From contig JBHLNT010000103.1 in assembly GCA_048941265.1 (NCBI GenBank), forward strand, positions 1 to 14,368: 14,368 bases of DNA, read 5' to 3'. How positions within the stretch are numbered: the stretch's first letter is position 1; every line of letters begins with the position of its first letter. This DNA comes from Promethearchaeota archaeon (lineage in GTDB: Archaea; Asgardarchaeota; Lokiarchaeia; Sigyniarchaeales; SOKP01). The position numbers were made by a program, and so were the translations under genes. Positions 1 through 6,467 of this stretch are shown piece after piece. The notes beneath the pieces were generated by a model. It was given only the letters and a program-made list of their open reading frames with translations, had not been told where the DNA came from and made no database searches.

Positions 1-388
<388 letters not shown>

Positions 389-750
389 GTGGTGTTGAAA
401 GAGGACTCGTGGTTCGGGCTTTGAATGCGCAGGAGTAAGATTAAGCGTGTGAGAAGTAGTAAGCATGTTGAAAGATGGCAAAAAAAAGCGATTGGAGAGG
501 GGTGTGTTCCTGAGTTTAGACTTTTACAATTTACAATTTTCAACCAAAAAAGAAGAAAAAAATACGATATTAAATTTATATTTGAAATGGAATAGTTTAA
601 GGTAAGGATTAGGAATAATAAGCCAAAAAGTGATTTGGTATACAATGTTTACCTATTTTGCACTTCAAGGTTATTTAATGTTTAAACATCTCAACAAAGA
701 AGCTTAATTAAAAAAAAAATACAAATAAATGATAATTTAATTAAGTGTTT

Positions 751-852
751 GCAATACAATCATGGTAAATTATCAAAAGAATATTTTTTTGTATTGCCAA
801 TCCTAGCAATACAATTCTAGATCAAACGTAAATATATTAATATTTGTATTGC
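751..852. promoter_or_regulatory. Four-box operator-like array (GCAATACAA / TTGTATTGC) overlapping the probable fic promoter
   Basis: Exact 9-mers at 751-759 (forward), 789-797 (reverse), 806-814 (forward) and 844-852 (reverse), with spacers of 29, 8 and 29 nt. TATA-like AAATATATTA at 830-839, about 30 nt before ATG 866. Confidence 0.7.
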
Positions 853-865
853 CAAATAGTGATTG

Positions 866-1765
866 ATGGTATCAATAATAACAAAGAAAGTCAAAGGAAA
901 TGAATATTTTTTTTTAGTTCATTCGTATCGAGAGGGAGCTAAAGTAAAGCAAATCCAAAAGAGTTTAGGTAAACAAATACCTCCAAATTTAGAAAAAATT
1001 AAAGAGGAATTTATATCTGAAGTAGTTCATAAACTTTGGATACCCTCTATAGAAAAATATAAAGAAAAGTATTTAGTATGGATTAATAAAATTCCAGATC
1101 TTGTGAGAGATAAAGAATTTAGGACATTCGGGATACGATTTACTTATAGTTCTGGAAAAATTGAGGGATCTACTCTTACATTACGGGAAGTGACCCTTGC
1201 AGTGGATGAGCCTGAAGTATCAATCAACAAACCTACTAATGATATTAACGAGGCTCAATTACATATGAAATGTTATGAAGATTTAATTCAAACTAAGGAA
1301 GAATTGACCCAAAAATTAATCCAAAAATGGCACGGTATTCTTTTCTCTTTACATTATAATCGAGAAATAATTGCGGGGGAGATAAGAGAATTAGATGTTA
1401 AAATAAGGGGCTCTAAACATATTCCACCTCCTCCAGATGAGGTTCCAGGTCAATTAAAAGCATTATTTGACTGGTATTATCATAATAAGGAAAAACTCCA
1501 TCCTGTTTTACTTGCATGTATAATGCATTTTAGATTTGTGTCCATCCATCCTTTTTATGATGGAAATGGAAGAATGACTCGATTGCTAACAAATTATATT
1601 TTATTTAAAAATAATTACCCTATGTTTAATATTGAAGCAAATATTCGAAAATCCTATTACGGTGCCTTAGAGAAAACGAATCTCACAAATGACGAGATGC
1701 GGTTCGTCAATTGGTTTTTTAAAAATTATATTGATACCCTTAAAATAAGTTATTTCATTAGATAA
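866..1765 (+). CDS. Fic family protein (class II, probable AMP transferase) with an N-terminal basic beta-sheet domain
   Basis: Canonical Fic motif HPFYDGNGRMTR and an upstream inhibitory motif SGKIEG ((S/T)xxxE(G/N)). ATG at 866 preferred over TTG at 863. Confidence 0.95.
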   Translation: MVSIITKKVKGNEYFFLVHSYREGAKVKQIQKSLGKQIPPNLEKIKEEFISEVVHKLWIPSIEKYKEKYLVWINKIPDLVRDKEFRTFGIRFTYSSGKIEGSTLTLREVTLAVDEPEVSINKPTNDINEAQLHMKCYEDLIQTKEELTQKLIQKWHGILFSLHYNREIIAGEIRELDVKIRGSKHIPPPPDEVPGQLKALFDWYYHNKEKLHPVLLACIMHFRFVSIHPFYDGNGRMTRLLTNYILFKNNYPMFNIEANIRKSYYGALEKTNLTNDEMRFVNWFFKNYIDTLKISYFIR

Positions 1766-1831
1766 GGATAATTTAATAAATATCTCATTGATATTCAAGA
1801 AATAACATAAGAAAATGTGTTCCAGTGTTAA

Positions 1832-1851
1832 GTTTTTTTTCTATTTTTTTT
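1832..1851 (+). terminator. Possible oligo-T archaeal terminator of fic
   Basis: Two long T tracts about 70 nt after the fic stop. Weak evidence in AT-rich DNA. Confidence 0.35.
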
Positions 1852-1925
1852 GTAATTGAAAACTTAAAAAGAAGAGGGATATAAGTTTATTTTATTATAG
1901 TATCCTTATTAAAAAAGCGAGTATT

Positions 1926-3155
1926 ATGAGCAGGGAAGGTCATATTAGTTATGAGGATTTAAGCCATCAGCATGGAGAAAGCATGACAACTGGCAGTCTT
2001 TTTATGTTTTCTGAAGAGGAGAATGAGTTTAGAAGGGAAATTCGAAATTTTTCTAAAAAGGAAATTGATCCTTTAGTCGAACAAATCGATCGCGAGGATA
2101 ACGTTGATTTAACTCTACAGATCATTCAAAAATTAGGTAAAAAATACTTTCCACTGGCATTCCCGAAGGAGCTTGGAGGGAGTGGTAAAGGTACGGTATA
2201 TCGAATGATATTTGGAGAAGAGCTTTCAGCAATCCATTATCCAACAGCTGTAATTTACGGTTGTAGCTGTAACCTTTATGGAGTTCCATTAATTCATTTT
2301 GGTAGCCAAGAACAGCAAAAAAAATTTCTAAAACCCATTATGGACGGTTCTGTTTTAGGAGCTCTGGGTATTACAGAACCAACTGCGGGAAGTGATGCGA
2401 TTGGAGGTATGCGAACTACAGCCCTAAGAAAGGGAGATAAATATATTATCAACGGCGAAAAACGATATATAACAAATGGGAGCATTGCCAAATTTATCCT
2501 CCTTTATTGTGTTACAAATCCCAATGTTCATCGACGAAATGGCATCAGTGCCATAATATTCCCAACTGATACTCCTGGATTTGAGGTGGTAAAAGATTAT
2601 GAGTTAATAGGACGTAAGGGGTGTGTAAATTCTCATCTTCGATTCAATAATTGCGAGGTATCTACAGAAAATTTGATTGGAAGAGAGAACGAAGGTGTCG
2701 AAATTATGTTATTTGGGCTTGATGCTGAACGAATTTTTGTGGGAAGTCAGTATCTAGGTATTTCTCGCTCCGCTTTTGAAGTGGCAACAAAATATTCAGC
2801 ATTAAGAAAACAATTTAAAAAAGAAATTCGTATGTTTGAAGGTATAAGTTTTAAAATAGCTGAAATGTATATGAAAATCGAAGCTGGACGATTAATGCTT
2901 TTAAGGGCCGGGAGAATGATAGATCAAGGGCTAACTGCTACAAAAGAAGCAGCAGCCGCGAAATGTTTCGTGAGTGATAATGCGGTTCAAATTGTAACTG
3001 ACGCTCTCCAAGTTCTTGGAGGGATTGGATATACTAAAGAATTTCCACTGGAACGCTATTTTAGAGACGTAAAAATTGCTCAAATTGGTGGTGGAACTGC
3101 CGAGATTTTACGGTACATCATACAAAGAGAAGTGTATAAAGACATGAAATTATAA
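1926..3155 (+). CDS. Acyl-CoA dehydrogenase (isovaleryl-CoA/LCAD-type active-site arrangement)
   Basis: Motifs GALGITEPTAGSDA, INGEKRYITNG, RKQFKKEI, LQVLGGIGYTKEFPLERYFRD and QIGGGTAEI. The true start could be a downstream ATG. Confidence 0.96.
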   Translation: MSREGHISYEDLSHQHGESMTTGSLFMFSEEENEFRREIRNFSKKEIDPLVEQIDREDNVDLTLQIIQKLGKKYFPLAFPKELGGSGKGTVYRMIFGEELSAIHYPTAVIYGCSCNLYGVPLIHFGSQEQQKKFLKPIMDGSVLGALGITEPTAGSDAIGGMRTTALRKGDKYIINGEKRYITNGSIAKFILLYCVTNPNVHRRNGISAIIFPTDTPGFEVVKDYELIGRKGCVNSHLRFNNCEVSTENLIGRENEGVEIMLFGLDAERIFVGSQYLGISRSAFEVATKYSALRKQFKKEIRMFEGISFKIAEMYMKIEAGRLMLLRAGRMIDQGLTATKEAAAAKCFVSDNAVQIVTDALQVLGGIGYTKEFPLERYFRDVKIAQIGGGTAEILRYIIQREVYKDMKL

Positions 3156-3186
3156 TTTGATCTCACTTTTTTTCCGCGATGGAATC

Positions 3187-3582
3187 TCATCCTAGCAAAT
3201 AGGCAAAAATTATGAATACTATAATAATATAGGTGATAATTACAATTACAAACTGTATTATTAAAACCGCAAACAGGATTTTTATGCGCCTTCCAAAACG
3301 TTTTATCCCATAAAATTCATCAAAGCTTAAAGCAATCAAGCCAATAATTAGATTAATTATAAATGCGATGATGTAAAGCCATGGGTTGAAACTAAATAAG
3401 AAAACAATTATACTCCAAATGGTATTTAAAATGATAGCAGGCTTTTTTTTTTTCGTTAATCCCTTTAAGGAGATCATTCGTAGCATAACTACCATCCCAA
3501 TAATAAAATTTATAACCGCAGCAATAAGTGCAATTGTTAATATTATAAGTAATAGAGTTAAAAGATCCATTGATTGAAACAT
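3187..3582 (-). CDS. Hypothetical membrane protein (about 4 TM helices)
   Basis: 131-aa ORF with long hydrophobic segments separated by Lys/Arg-rich loops (KKKKP, KRFGRRIK). Confidence 0.8.
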   Translation of the reverse strand: MFQSMDLLTLLLIILTIALIAAVINFIIGMVVMLRMISLKGLTKKKKPAIILNTIWSIIVFLFSFNPWLYIIAFIINLIIGLIALSFDEFYGIKRFGRRIKILFAVLIIQFVIVIITYIIIVFIIFAYLLG

Positions 3583-3656
3583 AATATGTGTTTGTTCTTA
3601 AAAAATAAAAAATTTTGGAAATTTTATTTAGTAATTAGAAATCTCAATAGTAACTC

Positions 3657-4223
3657 TTATTTTTTAATACGTTTAATCAAAACAATAATTAATCCAATAA
3701 TCCATAGCAACACACAGCTATATAAAACGATAATGCATAGAGTTGCTGATAATGAGACTCCTAATGCTGAAACTTCTGTTATATTCGATGGATTGAAAAG
3801 TATTATTGCGATAAAAATTCCCTCAATTACATCAAATAATACACTCACCCACGACACCATTGATAAGTTAAGATAAAATTTTTGAAGCTTCTCTGAGTCC
3901 TTTAATTGACGAGCGACAAGTAATAAACCAGTAAAAACAGCCGTACCATACACAAACATAAATACAAAATCAAGATTATTTACAATGGTCATTAATTCAA
4001 CATAACGAGAGAGCGACTTCTTTTTCCATATAGTAATAATCTTATCCATATTCTTTTTATTCCAAGCAGCTTTCATTTCCATAAGACCCGCACCAGGGGG
4101 AAATTGAGCAAGTAAAGTGGCGAAAATTAAAAACACAAATACCCATGTCAATATAAAAGTCACTAGAAATGTAAATAATAAGATTTTATCTGTTGGTTTT
4201 TCCAGTAAAATTTGTAATTTCAT
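3657..4223 (-). CDS. Hypothetical membrane protein (about 4 TM helices)
   Basis: 188-aa ORF with an N-terminal TM segment, a soluble loop, then LDFVFMFVY and FDVIEG-containing hydrophobic helices. Confidence 0.85.
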   Translation of the reverse strand: MKLQILLEKPTDKILLFTFLVTFILTWVFVFLIFATLLAQFPPGAGLMEMKAAWNKKNMDKIITIWKKKSLSRYVELMTIVNNLDFVFMFVYGTAVFTGLLLVARQLKDSEKLQKFYLNLSMVSWVSVLFDVIEGIFIAIILFNPSNITEVSALGVSLSATLCIIVLYSCVLLWIIGLIIVLIKRIKK

Positions 4224-4303
4224 ATTATTCTGTATTTATTATGAAATATTAATACTTCTAGTACCAAAGGAGGAAGTTCTTACTTACTTAGGATGACTTA
4301 TTT

Positions 4304-4594
4304 TTATAAAAATTTTGCAAGAGATTTTTCAATTTGCTCCAACACCTGTTTATTTTGTTCTTTTTTCAGCGCCCTATAAAGGGATTCTCTAACTCTTTAA
4401 CTCCCAATCATACCTCATATTTCCGCAGCTCCGCTTCTAATAAAATAGTTTTTATGTTCTAGAGCTTCCGTAAGATGATCAATCGCTAAACCACCTATTT
4501 TGACTAGGTATTGAATGGCTTGTTCTCTGACTTCGAAATTACCACTATTTGCTAATCTTTTTATGAGCTTTTCAACGCCAATGTTTAGACACAT
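4304..4594 (-). pseudogene. HEAT/PBS-lyase repeat protein pseudogene with two in-frame stops
   Basis: Manual translation: MCLNIGVEKLIKRLANSGNFEVREQAIQYLVKIGGLAIDHLTEALEHKNYFIRSGAAEI*GMIGS*RVRESLYRALKKEQNKQVLEQIEKSLAKFL*. The HEAT pattern continues through TGA (4415-4417) and TAA (4397-4399) without a frameshift. Confidence 0.8.
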
Positions 4595-4724
4595 GTATAG
4601 CTAAAAAATTAGGCTCTTCTATGATTCATAGATAGCTTTTAAGATTAATAAGATTTTAGCATAAAAAATGCGACTTTAAATACATGAATGAATACATCTA
4701 GTCGTTAAAAAAAGACGTTGTAAA

Positions 4725-5861
4725 ATGGTAATTAACAAATTAAAGAAGGAACTAAAAAGCAGAAGGAGAATTAACAAAGAGCAAGATTATATTGTCTCCT
4801 CCATAGTTAAAGAACCTTCTTTCCTTAAGAAAGGAATACTTACGAAAATAGAACATAGAACTGCTATAACCTCTTCTTTAAAAGAAAAGCAAGCCCCTCT
4901 TTCCGTGAAATTTCTTTTTCCGAATATGGAAATTAATCCCGAAGATAATGAAATTGATTCCAAGATAACTGCTTCTGAATTAGAAGAATGGAAAAAAAGT
5001 AAGAAATTCTATAAATCTTTGAATAAGTCTATTAAAAAGTTGGAATGGATTAAATATAACTTACAGATTAAGTCCAAACGAATAAAAAGTAAAAATATAG
5101 CTAATTTATCACAATCTTTGAGAAATGCCATCAAAGATATCGAGGTAGCTATAAATGAGATGAAAATAGGAGTCAATAAAACTAAGAACTTGCCGGTTCG
5201 AAACGATTTACAATTATATGATAAACGCGCTAATGAATTTCGACATAAAGATGTATTCGAGACAAAAATATACTTAATTAGGATGAATATTAAACCGGAA
5301 TCCATAGTAAATACATTAAAAATGGTCTTTCTTAGAAAAAAGATAGTGTTCTTGATGGAAGATAACTTAACGTATCTTAAAGACACTATTAATCATTTTT
5401 TTAATGCTATATTTCGTAATTCATTTGATATTGAAATTTTATCCTTAACTAAAACAGAATATAACGAGTTTAGAGATCGACATAAAGATTTTATAGTGAT
5501 TACTGGGAAAAAAATATTGGTAAACGATGGGAAAGAGAATTACGTGAAAAATTGCAAATTTGAGAAAAAATTAGTAGACATCTTTTTTAAAAATTCTGAT
5601 CCATTAACAGGACTAAAAATCCTGAGAAAGGAACTCCAAGAGATATATGATCTTTCAAATGAAATTCGAGATTTTAGTGCCCTTAATGATAATAAGCTTT
5701 CTCGTAGAAAAATGTTAAAACATCTGGAGCAGGTATTTTTTCTAAAAGTTAAGAAAAATTATTTTAATATACTCTTAGGTATTGTTAATACTTATTTTAA
5801 CAAAAAAATTAAATTTTCAGAGGATTATATCGAAGAAAAAATCGATACAATGTGGAGATAA
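4725..5861 (+). CDS. Hypothetical protein: Lys-rich coiled-coil-like N-terminus plus a C-terminal domain paralogous to 13167-14060
   Basis: 378-aa ORF. The last ~200 aa align by eye with the 297-aa protein (IRMNIKPE/IKMNLRPE, YLKDTI/FLKDTL, GLKILRKELQEIYDLSN/GLKNLRDKIREIYTLSN, EEKIDTMW/AEKIDNMW). Confidence 0.88.
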   Translation: MVINKLKKELKSRRRINKEQDYIVSSIVKEPSFLKKGILTKIEHRTAITSSLKEKQAPLSVKFLFPNMEINPEDNEIDSKITASELEEWKKSKKFYKSLNKSIKKLEWIKYNLQIKSKRIKSKNIANLSQSLRNAIKDIEVAINEMKIGVNKTKNLPVRNDLQLYDKRANEFRHKDVFETKIYLIRMNIKPESIVNTLKMVFLRKKIVFLMEDNLTYLKDTINHFFNAIFRNSFDIEILSLTKTEYNEFRDRHKDFIVITGKKILVNDGKENYVKNCKFEKKLVDIFFKNSDPLTGLKILRKELQEIYDLSNEIRDFSALNDNKLSRRKMLKHLEQVFFLKVKKNYFNILLGIVNTYFNKKIKFSEDYIEEKIDTMWR

Positions 5862-5932
5862 GATATGTTATATTAATTCTTAATCTAAATAAAATCTCTA
5901 AAATAATATTAGATAATTTCATGATATTACTT

Positions 5933-6055
5933 TTAATCACTATTGTCCTTCTTATTCTCCTCATCCTCCGTTGACGAATAAGATATATAGACAACCTCAT
6001 CCTTATCAAGAGATTGTAATATATCTTCTAAATTTTTAATTTTTTTCTTACTCAT
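5933..6055 (-). CDS. Small 40-aa protein absent from the ORF track: MSKKKIKNLEDILQSLDKDEVVYISYSSTEDEENKKDNSD
   Basis: ATG at 6055 with a strong Shine-Dalgarno GAGGTGA (6063-6069) 7 nt upstream. TAA at 5933-5935. Protein-like composition with a basic head and acidic tail. Confidence 0.65.
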   Translation of the reverse strand: MSKKKIKNLEDILQSLDKDEVVYISYSSTEDEENKKDNSD

Positions 6056-6100
6056 TTTCTTTTCACCTCTTTTTTTATGAATTTTCTTTTTCTTTTATTC

Positions 6101-6312
6101 TGAGGGAGTTAGATTTCCATTAGAATTAATAGATCTAAACCCGCCTCTTAGCATATTAGGAAGCGAGAAGTAATAAGAGCAGATAATAATAAAAAGCAGA
6201 GAAATCGCGAGAGACGGGTTTGGATGATCTAATGGACAGTCGGTACTACTTGCCTATTGCAAGCCGGTGCATCCATTCTTCTAGTCTGTGCGACTAAGTT
6301 AACTCGTCTCAT
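6101..6312. ncRNA. Candidate structured RNA (5' leader or standalone ncRNA), family not recognised
   Basis: Nested complementary segments 6101-6111/6300-6311, 6116-6124/6228-6236, 6133-6148/6210-6225, 6249-6253/6259-6263 and 6282-6286/6292-6296. GC content is higher than in the flanks. The promoter favours the minus strand and G-U pairs slightly favour the plus strand. Confidence 0.6.
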
Positions 6313-6335
6313 TGATTCATAAAAAGTCTGCCTCT

Positions 6336-6348
6336 TATATAAATTTGA
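6336..6348 (-). promoter_or_regulatory. BRE/TATA promoter candidate (TCAAA-TTTATATA on the minus strand)
   Basis: Consensus archaeal TATA box. Normal spacing places the start near 6312, exactly at the edge of the closing stem of the structured element. Confidence 0.55.
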
Positions 6349-6366
6349 TGGTTAGTATAGAAGTAT

Positions 6367-6384
6367 AGCGTAAAACTTTACGCT
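6367..6384. promoter_or_regulatory. Perfect palindrome AGCGTAAA-AC-TTTACGCT, candidate transcription factor site
   Basis: 8-bp arms with a 2-nt spacer, about 24 nt upstream of the minus-strand TATA box. Confidence 0.5.
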
Positions 6385-6467
6385 TTGAGGGGCTTTAATC
6401 CGAATTTCGAAAAAACAAAAACAATGGAAAAAAAAGAATAAAATTCTTTTTGTATAAATAAGGAAAA

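Noticed and set aside
751-855. Repeat-spacer pattern read as a mini CRISPR array
   Set aside because: The repeats are only 9-13 nt, alternate in orientation, and have no cas genes nearby.
2294-2491. 65-aa ORF on minus
   Set aside because: Antisense shadow of the acyl-CoA dehydrogenase.
3386-3876. Two plus-strand ORFs (63 and 100 aa)
   Set aside because: Antisense shadows of the two membrane protein genes.
4269-4285. GAGGAAGTTC resembling the RNase P RNA P4 5' strand
   Set aside because: No matching 3' P4 strand or GC-rich structured body follows.
4415-4417. In-frame TGA read as selenocysteine or a recoded codon
   Set aside because: It sits at a hydrophobic HEAT position rather than a Cys position, a TAA follows six codons later, and TGA ends other genes here (3187-3189, 8545-8547, 14058-14060).
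5009-5386. 125-aa ORF on minus
   Set aside because: Antisense shadow of 4725-5861.
5809-6009. 66-aa Arg/Ile-rich ORF on minus
   Set aside because: Alternative frame of the 40-aa ORF, which has the ATG and SD. It also overlaps the end of 4725-5861.
6229-6312. 27-codon ORF MRRVNLVAQTRRMDAPACNRQVVPTVH starting at the predicted TSS on minus
   Set aside because: It could be a leaderless leader peptide, but it has no regulatory codon run and no independent support, so it is not called as a feature.
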